Shown piece after piece: positions 8,434 through 17,567 of a DNA stretch of 29,218 bases (position 1 is its first letter; every line of letters begins with the position of its first letter). The position numbers and the translations under genes were made by a program. This DNA is from Lentisphaeria bacterium (lineage in GTDB: Bacteria > Verrucomicrobiota > Lentisphaeria > Victivallales > UBA1829): NCBI GenBank assembly GCA_017504325.1, contig JAFVRL010000125.1:1-29218 (forward strand), read 5' to 3'. The notes under the pieces were generated by a model that saw only the letters and a program-made list of their open reading frames with translations, did not search any database and was not told where the DNA came from.

Positions 8434-10020
8434 TTATACAGGATTGCTTAAAAGGGCTTCTGCTATGCGGATGCCGTCCGCGGCGGATGAGGTGATGCCT
8501 CCTGCCATTCCGGCACCTTCTCCGGCGGTATAAAGTCCGGGAAGGGAACTGCCCAGAGTTTCCGGATCTCTTGTAAACCGCACGGGGGAGGAAACATGGG
8601 TCTCCAAGCCCACAAGCACTCCTCTGTTGATAAAGGAAGTTGCCATACTGTCAAAATGTTTCAAAGCGCGGTGCAATGCTTTGGCAATATTGCCCGGAAG
8701 GATTTCATCAAGTCTGGCAGGTCTCAATCCCATGGAATAGGAAGAGAACAGTTTGGAGCCGGAAGAGGTTCTGCGGACAAAATCCACCGCACTCTGGGCG
8801 GGACAGGTATAATCACCCCCGCCGGAAGCAAAAACTTTTTTCTCCAGTTCATCCAGAAATGCAAATGCCTTTTGGGGAGAGGAAAACATTTTCTCATCCA
8901 TTGTTGAGATGATGGCAGAATTGGCAAAACGCCCGTTTCGTGCAGCATTACTCATGCCGTTGGTAGATAATCTGCCCTCCTCTGCAGTGGAAGGGATGAT
9001 CTCGCCGCCGGGACACATACAGAAAGTCGTTGCTCCCCCGATACTGCCGTTGCTCATGGGACGGGAAACAAAATTATATTCTGCACTTCCCACTGCCGGC
9101 GGGGCTTCCGGAAGACCGTACATGATACGGTTGATATAATTCTGGGGGTGTTCGATACGGCAGCCGATCTGAAAGCCCTTCATCGTGAAATCAACCCCGG
9201 AGGAGATCATGGAAAGGATGAGTTCTCTTGCACTGTGACCGCAGGCGGAAATGACTGCCGGAGCTTCCACTTTCTCCCCGGAGGCAAGAAGAACACCTTT
9301 GCATCTGCCTTCCCGGACAAGCAGGGAGACTGCTTTGGCGTTCCAGCGGAATGTCCCGCCCAGCGCAATGATCTTTTTCCGCAGGGCGGAGATGACTTGC
9401 GGCAGCTTGTCCGAACCGATATGGGGATGACTGAAATAAGAAATGGCAGGAGAAGCTCCACACTCCACAAAAGTATCCAGAACGAATTTGACTCTGGGAT
9501 CTCTTACTCTTGTATAGAGTTTTCCGTCAGACCATGTTCCGGCACCGCCCTCTCCGTAAAGGAAATTGCTTTCCGGATTCAACTGCCGTGTGGCAAGGAA
9601 ACCTTCAATATCAAATTTTCTTGCATCCACACTTCTGCCCCGTTCAAGAATAACAGGTTTGCATCCGGCAAGAGCAAGGACATAGGCGGCAAAAAGTCCG
9701 GCAGGACCGGCTCCTATGATCACCGGGGATTGAATATGGCTTTTATTGACAAAAATATTTTCTGTACTCTCCGGAGATTCCGGGGCGGGGACAAGGGGAA
9801 ACGCACTTTTCACATTGTCGGGAAGGTCGGCAACAAGTGTATATAAAAGTTTGATATCCCCCTTCCTGCGGGCATCCACACTGCGTTTAACGATCCTGTA
9901 GGAGAGAACATCTCCCGCTTTGATCCCGCATTTTGCGGCAATATAAGGCTGCAGATTTCTGTCAATATCTTCCGGCAGAGTCTTTGCGGAAAGAATAAGA
10001 TTGTCAAGGGAGATCTTCAT
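8434..10020 (-). CDS. FAD/NAD(P)-dependent oxidoreductase (COG2509-type uncharacterised dehydrogenase)
   Basis: IIGAGPAG dinucleotide-binding motif, GEGGAGTWSDGKL, HPHIGSD, TFCMCPGG, NGMS and GEGAGMAGGI.SSAADG; RBS AGGAG. Confidence 0.88.
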   Translation of the reverse strand: MKISLDNLILSAKTLPEDIDRNLQPYIAAKCGIKAGDVLSYRIVKRSVDARRKGDIKLLYTLVADLPDNVKSAFPLVPAPESPESTENIFVNKSHIQSPVIIGAGPAGLFAAYVLALAGCKPVILERGRSVDARKFDIEGFLATRQLNPESNFLYGEGGAGTWSDGKLYTRVRDPRVKFVLDTFVECGASPAISYFSHPHIGSDKLPQVISALRKKIIALGGTFRWNAKAVSLLVREGRCKGVLLASGEKVEAPAVISACGHSARELILSMISSGVDFTMKGFQIGCRIEHPQNYINRIMYGLPEAPPAVGSAEYNFVSRPMSNGSIGGATTFCMCPGGEIIPSTAEEGRLSTNGMSNAARNGRFANSAIISTMDEKMFSSPQKAFAFLDELEKKVFASGGGDYTCPAQSAVDFVRRTSSGSKLFSSYSMGLRPARLDEILPGNIAKALHRALKHFDSMATSFINRGVLVGLETHVSSPVRFTRDPETLGSSLPGLYTAGEGAGMAGGITSSAADGIRIAEALLSNPV

Positions 10021-10114
10021 ACAACTTTCTCCTGCGTTTTTCTATGGAAAAGACGGTAGTTCAAATCATTCAGGGAATGCCGGCTCTTACGGACAGCAGA
10101 TTCCGTCAAAGAGA

Positions 10115-10627
10115 TCATTTTGCAGGATTCTGCAAAGGAGGGAGTCCCTTTTCCGATCTGCCCCGGTTCACCTCCAGCAGAAAAGCCGGATCCCGGAAGA
10201 TAAGTTTGGTAAGTTTGGTTTTACTTATGTTCATGGCTTCAGCCGCCGCAGGAATATCCCAACAGCAATCCATCAATCTGTCCAGCATCAGAGCAAGGGC
10301 AGTGGAATAGGTTTTTACATTATTGAGGGAAGGCGGCGGGGAGAGGACCGGAAGAGGAGAGGTTTCCGTAATGGGATTACGGATCTTCAATGCGATACGG
10401 AGACGCAGTTTTTTCAGGGCATTGGAAAGATTCCTTGCCTGACTGCGTTCCCTGGTATCTTCTGCGGAAAGGCCGCTTGCTTTATGGATCAACCTTACAG
10501 CCGAAGAAGTCTTGTTCACTTTCTGGCCGCCGTTACCGGAGCATTTATGAAAATCGATGATACAGCCTTCTTTCAAATGCTCATCATCTGCTGTCAGCCA
10601 AAGGTCTCTCTTTTCAGTTTCAGACAT
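10115..10627 (-). CDS. Peptide chain release factor-like protein (stand-alone GGQ domain with HTH-like tail)
   Basis: SGNGGQKVNKTSSAVRL...ERSQARN is the class-I release factor catalytic domain 3. The start is moved to ATG 10627 (MSETEK) behind GGAG. Confidence 0.8.
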   Translation of the reverse strand: MSETEKRDLWLTADDEHLKEGCIIDFHKCSGNGGQKVNKTSSAVRLIHKASGLSAEDTRERSQARNLSNALKKLRLRIALKIRNPITETSPLPVLSPPPSLNNVKTYSTALALMLDRLMDCCWDIPAAAEAMNISKTKLTKLIFRDPAFLLEVNRGRSEKGLPPLQNPAK

Positions 10628-10751
10628 ACGATTTTTCTCCACAGAAGGTCCGTTTTCCTCATACCGGAACTTCCGTTCCCGGCAGAAAGATCCGTCCCCG
10701 GTCATTAATAATTCATAACTTTGTATCAATAAATAAAAAACTATCCTTATT

Positions 10752-10780
10752 AATATACACCCTCCTGCCCTTTTTTGCAA
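10752..10780 (-). promoter_or_regulatory. Sigma70-type promoter TTGCAA-N17-TATATT for the RF-like/oxidoreductase unit
   Basis: On the minus strand, -35 at 10775-80 and -10 at 10752-57 with an exact 17-nt spacer; the hexamers are identical to the promoter at 27236-27264. Confidence 0.6.
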
Positions 10781-10781
10781 A

Positions 10782-10824
10782 TAAGGTAATTTTGAAAGTC
10801 GGCAAGACTTCCAAAATTACCTTA
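10782..10824 (-). terminator. 19-bp hairpin downstream of GH39, probable terminator
   Basis: TAAGGTAATTTTG-A-AAGTC/GGCAA/GACTT-C-CAAAATTACCTTA. The single A.C mismatch on + becomes a G.U pair on the minus strand. Only a short U tail follows. Confidence 0.55.
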
Positions 10825-10988
10825 AATATTCCACAGCAGTTCCGTATTTTTTCCATGTTTGAGGGGAGAAAAACGGATTTTGAAAAAGTGATTTTGTCAG
10901 ATCCCCATTCAGGGAGAGACAAACCCTCCTGCGCTTTTTCTTCTTCTCTCTTTTTCCGTAATGCAGGTACAGCAGCAAATCAGGTTTG

Positions 10989-12350
10989 TCAGTTGTTCAG
11001 TTTGACAAGTGCCACAAAAGAGTTGGATTTGTTTTCAAAGCGGATCTTATCTCCATTGATCTCCGCCTGCAACGCTTCAGAAAGATTGTGATTTTCGTCC
11101 AGCAGATATACTTTGCATTTTCCTTCAGGTATTTGCCGGTCAGGAGTAATCTCACAACACACATCCCCTGTGGAAAAACCTGCAATAAGCAGAGCGTGAT
11201 TCTTTTCTTCATCTCTTCCGGAAAGAACTGTCATCTTTTCCCCGTCACAGCTGCATACCGTACGCACAGGATACCGGACGATATCCCCGTAGGCTTTCAG
11301 ACCATTATAGGAAGGCGTAACAGAACTGCTGCCGCTTACATAGCAGCCCCATGCGGTCGTCGTACAGGTATAATAGGCTCCGTAATCCAACGGAGTATCC
11401 TGCCACAGAGTCATCACCGCAACGAGGGCGGCGGCAGAATCCAGTCCTTTCATCTCATTATTATACATATTCTGTTTATATACCGTATCATTGCGCAGTC
11501 TGTGCCAGTCGCCGGGGAAATAGTGCCATTCATTCAAATGGATCTCCGTACCGGCATATCCCAGAGAATCCAGTTTATCCCGCACCATTTTGGGCGTTTC
11601 GGTAATCCATTCAAAAGGATTGTTGAAATAACAGTGATAGGAATAAAAATCAAGGGGAAGTTTGGCTTCTGCACATTTTTCAAGGAAAACGCCGCCTCTG
11701 GCATCCGACCAGCCGCAATGAGCGGGACCGCCGAACTTCAGATGGGGGAAACGGTTTTTCAATTCTTTGATGACTTTGGCAAAGAAGTCAAAGAAACTGT
11801 CCAGATCGCCCAGCCACATAAGATTTTTTGCATTGGGATCGAGTCTGGTATTGCCGCCGCATTCGGGTTCGTTCCAGATCTCCCAGTATTTGATGTCGTA
11901 ATGATAACCGTTCCACAATCCTTCTGTATAGTGGCGGATGATGTTGGAGGCAACTTCGATCCACTTATCCACATCAGCAGGAGGTTCGATAAAATACTTG
12001 TTGACAGTATGGTCAATGGATTCCCCCAGACGGTAGAATACAGGAGTCTGGGCGTCCACTATACAGTTGTGGATATAATCATCGGTATGTTTGAAATGGT
12101 AGTTGCGGGGATCATTCACATCCAGATGGAAAAAGGGGAAAATACAATGGATATCCACCATGGGACAGTTCGCATTTTCCAACGGGGCGTCATGCAAACG
12201 GGCAAAAGCAAGATTGAGATCTTTAAAACTTTTGCGGATATTTCTGCCTGCCATTTCGCCTGCAATGGGAGGGGCAAGATTGCCGCCGTTGAGTTTCCGG
12301 ATCGTTCCTTTTTCTTCCAGAGTTTTCCAGCTTATATTTACTGTCCCCAT
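10989..12350 (-). CDS. Glycoside hydrolase family 39-like (clan GH-A), no signal peptide
   Basis: RLHD, YWEIWNEP (acid/base Glu), LDFYSYHCY and IHLNEW (nucleophile Glu). The start is moved to ATG 12350 (MGTVNISWK) behind AGGAG. Confidence 0.8.
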   Translation of the reverse strand: MGTVNISWKTLEEKGTIRKLNGGNLAPPIAGEMAGRNIRKSFKDLNLAFARLHDAPLENANCPMVDIHCIFPFFHLDVNDPRNYHFKHTDDYIHNCIVDAQTPVFYRLGESIDHTVNKYFIEPPADVDKWIEVASNIIRHYTEGLWNGYHYDIKYWEIWNEPECGGNTRLDPNAKNLMWLGDLDSFFDFFAKVIKELKNRFPHLKFGGPAHCGWSDARGGVFLEKCAEAKLPLDFYSYHCYFNNPFEWITETPKMVRDKLDSLGYAGTEIHLNEWHYFPGDWHRLRNDTVYKQNMYNNEMKGLDSAAALVAVMTLWQDTPLDYGAYYTCTTTAWGCYVSGSSSVTPSYNGLKAYGDIVRYPVRTVCSCDGEKMTVLSGRDEEKNHALLIAGFSTGDVCCEITPDRQIPEGKCKVYLLDENHNLSEALQAEINGDKIRFENKSNSFVALVKLNN

Positions 12351-12557
12351 ATTTTTCTCCTGTGATTGATTTGTGAATATTGTTTCCATACTTTACATCC
12401 TGAAAAGAAAAATACAAACCTTTTTGGAAGATTTGGCGGGTTTTTTCATTACAATCCAGCGGTATTTTCAATGGTTTCCGACTTGAATTTTCGGGAAAAT
12501 ACAGTATTTTTAAATAAGGAGAATTTTTTTCAGATCCAGCCCGAACGGAGGTAAATG

Positions 12558-13061
12558 ATGAGATGTCCCAGATGTGCCTGTCAGGATGATAAGGTGATGG
12601 ATTCCCGGTCAACAAAAGAGGGGGCGGGTGTACGCCGCAGAAGAGAGTGTTTGAACTGCGGACACCGTTTTACAACTTATGAGGAGATCATTCAGGCGGA
12701 ACTTAAAGTCGTGAAGCGGGATGGAACTCATGAGGACTTCGACCGGGAAAAACTCCGCAGAGGGATCGAGAAAGCCTGCTGGAAACGCTCTGTAAGTACA
12801 GAGGAGATCCATTCCCTGATCACTTCCATCATCTCCGGTCTGGAAAAGGATTATGACAGGGAAGTACCCAGTGTGGAGATCGGCAACCGGGTCATGGATG
12901 CTTTGCGTGGCGTGGACAAAGTTGCCTATGTGCGTTTTGCCTCCATTTACCGGGATTTCAAAGATATTGAAGAATTTGTGGCGGAGATCCGGCAGATGGG
13001 AAAGAGCCGCAAAACAGATAACAAACTTGCTGTACCCGGTAAAGATCATGCAGAAAAATAA
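12558..13061 (+). CDS. nrdR: Transcriptional repressor NrdR
   Basis: MRCPRC..DDKVMDSR, RRRRECLNCGHRFTTYE zinc ribbon, ATP-cone VVKRDG...VAYVRFASIYRDF; RBS GGAGG. Confidence 0.96.
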   Translation: MRCPRCACQDDKVMDSRSTKEGAGVRRRRECLNCGHRFTTYEEIIQAELKVVKRDGTHEDFDREKLRRGIEKACWKRSVSTEEIHSLITSIISGLEKDYDREVPSVEIGNRVMDALRGVDKVAYVRFASIYRDFKDIEEFVAEIRQMGKSRKTDNKLAVPGKDHAEK

Positions 13062-14913
13062 GAAAGAAGTTTCAGGCAGTCCTGCGGCGGAAAAATACAA
13101 TAAGGAACAGCTTTATCTGGCAGGAAGAGAACTTTTCCGGCAGAGGGTATTCCGGATCAAAAATATCCTCATCCATGTAATGGGGGGAAAAGGGTTTATT
13201 CTGCTTTTGAGTGTTATTACAGGCGTTGTTTCCGGAGCGGGAGCCGTTCTGTTGAAGCATTTTACCCATTTCTGTCATCATCTGGTGGATAAAATTCCCT
13301 GCAACAGCCTCCTGATGCAGTTCCTTGCTCCTCTCATCCCCTGTTGTGCCATCCTGATATGTATTTTTATCGTCCGGTATATTTACCGTCTGAAACAGTA
13401 TGATAAAAGCCTTGCCTGTGTTATTCTTTCCACGACCAACGGGACAAGTGATCTGCCGCCCTCCAAGATGTATTCCCATATTCTGACCAGCGGACTGGCT
13501 GTGGGATTCGGTGCCTCTGCCGGATTGGAGGCACCCAGCGCACTTACCGGTTCCGCCATCGGCAGTAACATTGCCAAAATGCTCCGGCTGGGAAGAGAGG
13601 GGAGGACTCTCCTTCTTGCCTGTGGAGGTGGAGGGGCTATTTCCGCTATTTTCGACAGTCCCGTGGCCGGGGCATTGTTTGCCTGTGAGATCCTGCTGCC
13701 TTCTTTTTCTGTTCCGGCACTTGTGCCGCTGCTTATGGCATCGGCGGCGGCATCGGTGGTTTCCCAGCTTTTTGCCATTCCCTCCGCCTTTATCCAGTTG
13801 AGTGAGGGGACGGCATGGACGATCCACAATATTTTCTGTTATGTACTTATCGGAGTATGCTGCGGACTGCTTTCCGCTTTTGTCATAAAAAGTACGCTTT
13901 TCATAGGGAAAAAGCTGAAAAAGTTTTCCAATAAATATGTGGAGATCTTTGCCTCTCTTACCATGATCTATCTGACTTTTTTATTGTTTCCTGCTTTGAA
14001 AGGGGAAGGATACAGTCATATTTCCGCTCTGATCGAAGGAAAAAGTGCCACTGTTCTCTCCGGCAGCCTTCTTGCATTTCTTGCAGAAAATCCCTGGTGG
14101 ACAGCTTCTGTCATTGCTTTATTGTTTCTTCTGAAACCGGTGATTTCCGCCTTATGTATCGAAAGCGGAGGCGATGGCGGTATTTTCGGTCCCTCACTGT
14201 TCACCGGTGCTTTTTCGGGGTATTTTCTTGCAAAACTCATTAATGCCAGTTCCCTTGCTTCCATCGATCCGGTCAACTGTATTGCTGTGGGGATGGGCGG
14301 CGTTCTTGCCGGAGTGATGCATGCCCCCCTTACCGGTATATTCCTTATTGCGGAAATCACCGGCGGTTACAAACTTTTTGTTCCATTAATGATCGTTGCC
14401 GCCCTTTCCAGTTTTATTTCCAAGCGTCTTACCGGACACAATATTTACAAATCCGCCATCGTCCAGCGGGGCGGGATACCGGAGATGAAAGAGGGGGATG
14501 CCGCCCTTCACAGACATACATTGCGTTCCCTGGTGGAGACCGATTACATGCCGGTAAAGGAAAATGATACCCTGCGTACTTTACTGGATGTGGTCATCCA
14601 TTCCAGACATACGGTTTTTCCTGTGGTGGATGAAGATGGATTCCTTAAAGGGGTCGTGCGCATTGCCAATATCCGTCCTTATCTTCTCAATACGGAAATG
14701 CATGATGTCGTCCTTATTTACGATGTCATGGGACAGACCGGGCCTGCATTGGATGTAAATGACAATCTCAAAGATGCTGCAAGGCTTTTTGAACATCTGC
14801 GGACAAATCATCTTCCTGTACTTGAAGAGGGCAAATATGCCGGATTCATCTCCAAAGCAGGGCTTTTCGATGCTTACCGTGCCAATATTCAGGGGAAACA
14901 CGAGCTTTTCTGA
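13048..14913 (+). CDS. ClC-family chloride channel/antiporter with C-terminal CBS pair
   Basis: GASAGLEAP (gating Glu), ALFACEI (inner Glu), GGDGGIFGP, MHAPLTGIFLIAEITG and IY, followed by two CBS-like repeats. ATG 13048 overlaps the end of nrdR by 14 nt. Confidence 0.9.
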   Translation: MQKNKKEVSGSPAAEKYNKEQLYLAGRELFRQRVFRIKNILIHVMGGKGFILLLSVITGVVSGAGAVLLKHFTHFCHHLVDKIPCNSLLMQFLAPLIPCCAILICIFIVRYIYRLKQYDKSLACVILSTTNGTSDLPPSKMYSHILTSGLAVGFGASAGLEAPSALTGSAIGSNIAKMLRLGREGRTLLLACGGGGAISAIFDSPVAGALFACEILLPSFSVPALVPLLMASAAASVVSQLFAIPSAFIQLSEGTAWTIHNIFCYVLIGVCCGLLSAFVIKSTLFIGKKLKKFSNKYVEIFASLTMIYLTFLLFPALKGEGYSHISALIEGKSATVLSGSLLAFLAENPWWTASVIALLFLLKPVISALCIESGGDGGIFGPSLFTGAFSGYFLAKLINASSLASIDPVNCIAVGMGGVLAGVMHAPLTGIFLIAEITGGYKLFVPLMIVAALSSFISKRLTGHNIYKSAIVQRGGIPEMKEGDAALHRHTLRSLVETDYMPVKENDTLRTLLDVVIHSRHTVFPVVDEDGFLKGVVRIANIRPYLLNTEMHDVVLIYDVMGQTGPALDVNDNLKDAARLFEHLRTNHLPVLEEGKYAGFISKAGLFDAYRANIQGKHELF

Positions 14914-14924
14914 AAAAAGGTATT

Positions 14925-16832
14925 TCAGGGACAGTCTGCCATATACAATTCAAGGGATATTTTTTCCCTGTGGAAGAGTCTGCCGGCAATTTGATCAAAA
15001 GTGTTGGGTCGGTTTGAGGAAAGGCGTCCTGTAAAAGAGATATGGAAGGATACGATCCTCTTTTCTTCTGTTGATGCTCTCCTGTTCTCCCTGTTCCATA
15101 ATGCGGCAAATTCTTCTGTTTTCTCCAGATAGGGGGAAAATAAAAACGGTTCACCCGCCATTGCCGCAATAAGGTCTTTCTCATAAGAATTTCCATTTGC
15201 TGTGGTAATATGGATAACAGGCGGAGGTACCCTCCACAAAAGGGAAACAAGTTTTCCCCAAAACGAATATTCCATGGAAAAAGAGGCATAAACAAGTTTA
15301 TTCTTATGATGCGGAAGAAGGATCTTTTCCCCGGATGTAAAAGTCTTTTCACAAATCTTTTCCAATTTATTTGCCTTTCCGGCAGGATCTTTCTTCATAA
15401 GAAGCAGTTTTCCTCTGTTGCCGTCAAGGAGTTTTTCCGGTACATATTTTCCGCATAACGGCAATATGGAATAATCTGCCAGCATGGGAAAACGGTTATC
15501 CAGATTTTCCAGCCGGAAGAGAAGAAAATCCGCAGGGGCGGAAGAGGTATAGTTTCTGTTGAGAGCCAGTAATTTTTCTGTATAAGCAGAATAAGTCTGC
15601 ATCACCGGGCGGGGAAGATACTTAAAACCCGTTTTATGAAGAAAATCAAATTCCCCGTAACAATATAAATCACAGCTTTTTCCCTGATATACCCCCGCGG
15701 CATCTTTCTGTGGCAGAAACGGTTTCTCAAAGAGGAAAAGAAGATTCTGCAAGGATATTCTTCTGCCCAGTTCCCTGTGAAAATCCGGCAGTTGTTTTGC
15801 CATTACAAGAATGGGGATACCAACGGCAATGGTGAACAAAGAAGCCCTGCGCAGCAACTCCCCGTCTATAACTTTTTCCGGCATATTTTTGCAGAAAAGA
15901 TATGCGGCAACGGCGGCAAGGTTCAATAATCCCCCCGCAATGTGACCTGCATCCATACGAACCACCGCATACTTGTAACTTACATATAAAGGCAGGGAAA
16001 ATGCAGAAAGAAAAAGGATCTTTTCATACAAAAACAACTCCTTTTTCCTCCACAACAGATATAAAAAGTTCCCCAGGAGAAAGAGAGTAATTGCCAGAGT
16101 AAAATAAAAATACTTTATATCCGCATAAAAAGAACTCATTGTTTTATTAAAGCCATCCATGATTTCAAAGGAATAGAGGAAAAAGTTTATATATTCCTCC
16201 ATCCTCTGACCGGAAAGAAGCCAGATCAACGGCAGAAACAACAAAAATGCCCCTGTAAGAAAACAGCGTTTATGTTTGAGAATCATCCTTATATCCGCAA
16301 AGACAAGAGATAGCAGTATCACCGGAAAAAAGGTGAACTTCATAAAAACACATATTGCTCCTGTAAGAGTAAGGAAAAGCATAAAGAAAATATTGTTTTT
16401 TTCCGGTTTTTCCCCGGTTCTTCCCAGTATGACAAGAGGGAAAAAGAGCAGAAAAAGATCATGTAAAGCAGCCGGAAGTGTAAGGAGGATAAAGGCACTC
16501 TTCCACAGAAATTCTCTTTTGTTACAGAAAAGAAAAAGATCTTTCAAGGCAAAAAGAAAGAGAAGATTCAACATACAGGCAAGAAAATACGCTTCTTTGG
16601 TCATGGGATTAAAGAGATACCCCAGCGGACCGTAGGTAAAAATAAATCCTTTGCCGAAAGAAATATGATTTTCTGCGGCATATTGTAAAGTTTTTATCCA
16701 GGAGGGATCAAGGGAATCCTCTCCCGGTAAAAAGACTTTCATAACAGGAAGATGCCAGAAAAAAACAAGGATAAGAAGGATATAAAAAAGAATTTTTTTC
16801 TGTTTACCGGTAAATTCTTCCTGCAAAAACAT
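14925..16832 (-). CDS. Polytopic membrane protein, putative GT-C glycosyltransferase (lipid-linked sugar donor)
   Basis: About 10-11 hydrophobic segments then a soluble C-terminal domain; the first external loop carries EDSLDPSW and FIFTYGPLG; located directly downstream of a polyprenyl-phosphate GT2 gene. Function is inferred from architecture and context. Confidence 0.55.
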   Translation of the reverse strand: MFLQEEFTGKQKKILFYILLILVFFWHLPVMKVFLPGEDSLDPSWIKTLQYAAENHISFGKGFIFTYGPLGYLFNPMTKEAYFLACMLNLLFLFALKDLFLFCNKREFLWKSAFILLTLPAALHDLFLLFFPLVILGRTGEKPEKNNIFFMLFLTLTGAICVFMKFTFFPVILLSLVFADIRMILKHKRCFLTGAFLLFLPLIWLLSGQRMEEYINFFLYSFEIMDGFNKTMSSFYADIKYFYFTLAITLFLLGNFLYLLWRKKELFLYEKILFLSAFSLPLYVSYKYAVVRMDAGHIAGGLLNLAAVAAYLFCKNMPEKVIDGELLRRASLFTIAVGIPILVMAKQLPDFHRELGRRISLQNLLFLFEKPFLPQKDAAGVYQGKSCDLYCYGEFDFLHKTGFKYLPRPVMQTYSAYTEKLLALNRNYTSSAPADFLLFRLENLDNRFPMLADYSILPLCGKYVPEKLLDGNRGKLLLMKKDPAGKANKLEKICEKTFTSGEKILLPHHKNKLVYASFSMEYSFWGKLVSLLWRVPPPVIHITTANGNSYEKDLIAAMAGEPFLFSPYLEKTEEFAALWNRENRRASTEEKRIVSFHISFTGRLSSNRPNTFDQIAGRLFHREKISLELYMADCP

Positions 16833-17558
16833 TTATTTTTTCCTTTTGCCTGTAAATGCTGCAAAATACCATTTCAGATATTTGGGGAGCCATTTTAGAA
16901 GTTTGAAATTGGATTTGCCTGCGATCCTGTCCTCTCAGGATGTGGGGACTTCCCCGATTTTTTCCCCCTGTAAAAATGCTTTTACAGTGAGTTCCAGTCC
17001 AAGCTCAAATCCTCCGGTACTTTCGATCTTATTTCCGGCAAGAAAACTTTTTCTGTATAATTTGAAACTGTTGGTCACATCATGTACCGGGATACCGGCA
17101 AGAAAATGCAGGGAAAGTCCCGCACAGCGGCTTAAAAAACCTTTCAGAACAGGGCCTCCCGTCTGACTGCCCCCTTTCATATACCGGGAACCGCAGACAA
17201 GAACACAATCCTCCTCTTCCGCCTTCTTTACCATTTCATCAATGACTTCCGGTGGATCACACAGATCTGCCATGGTGACAACAACATATTTGCTCTGTGC
17301 TTTTTCCAGACCGGTTTTAATGGCATAAAGCACTCCCCTGCCGTAAGCATTGCGTACTTTTCTTATCTTTCCTTCCTCCATATTCTTTTCCGCAAGGAAA
17401 GAGGCAAGGGCGGGAAGCGTGGTATCCTCCTCAAAATCATAGACCACCAGAATTTCACAGGAAGTCTTTACTTTTGCAAGAAGACGGGTCAATGCTTCCC
17501 GGATATTTTCCCCTTCATTATAAACGGGAAGAACGATGGAAAGGAGTTTTTCTGCCAT
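16833..17558 (-). pseudogene. GT2 polyprenyl-phosphate glycosyltransferase (DPM1/GtrB-like) interrupted by an in-frame TGA at codon 208
   Basis: SIVLPVYNEGENI, VVYDFEED, MADLCDPP, VCGSRYMKGG and DVTNSFKLY. After GEVPTS-TGA(16935-37) the frame continues EDRIAGKSNFKLLKWLPKYLKWYFAAFTGKRKK to TAA 16833-35, which abuts the next ATG. Confidence 0.75.
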
Positions 17559-17567
17559 AATTCCGCC

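Noticed and set aside
10663-10683. GGAA-tetraloop hairpin considered as SRP RNA helix 8
   Set aside because: It lacks the conserved CAGG/AGCA internal loop of SRP and is treated as part of a 5' UTR.
12853-13047. Extended N-terminus of the ClC ORF overlapping nrdR by about 200 nt
   Set aside because: It is an implausible overlap with a conserved gene; ATG 13048 gives a normal-length protein. Similar upstream extensions of ygfA, the RF-like gene, the amidohydrolase, the MBL gene and the chagasin gene were trimmed to RBS-supported starts.
16935-16937. Genetic code 4 or selenocysteine decoding of the GT2 TGA
   Set aside because: TGA terminates many genes here, including ATGA overlaps, and TGG is used for Trp throughout. 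The position is Trp-like rather than Cys-like, and no SECIS-like hairpin follows.
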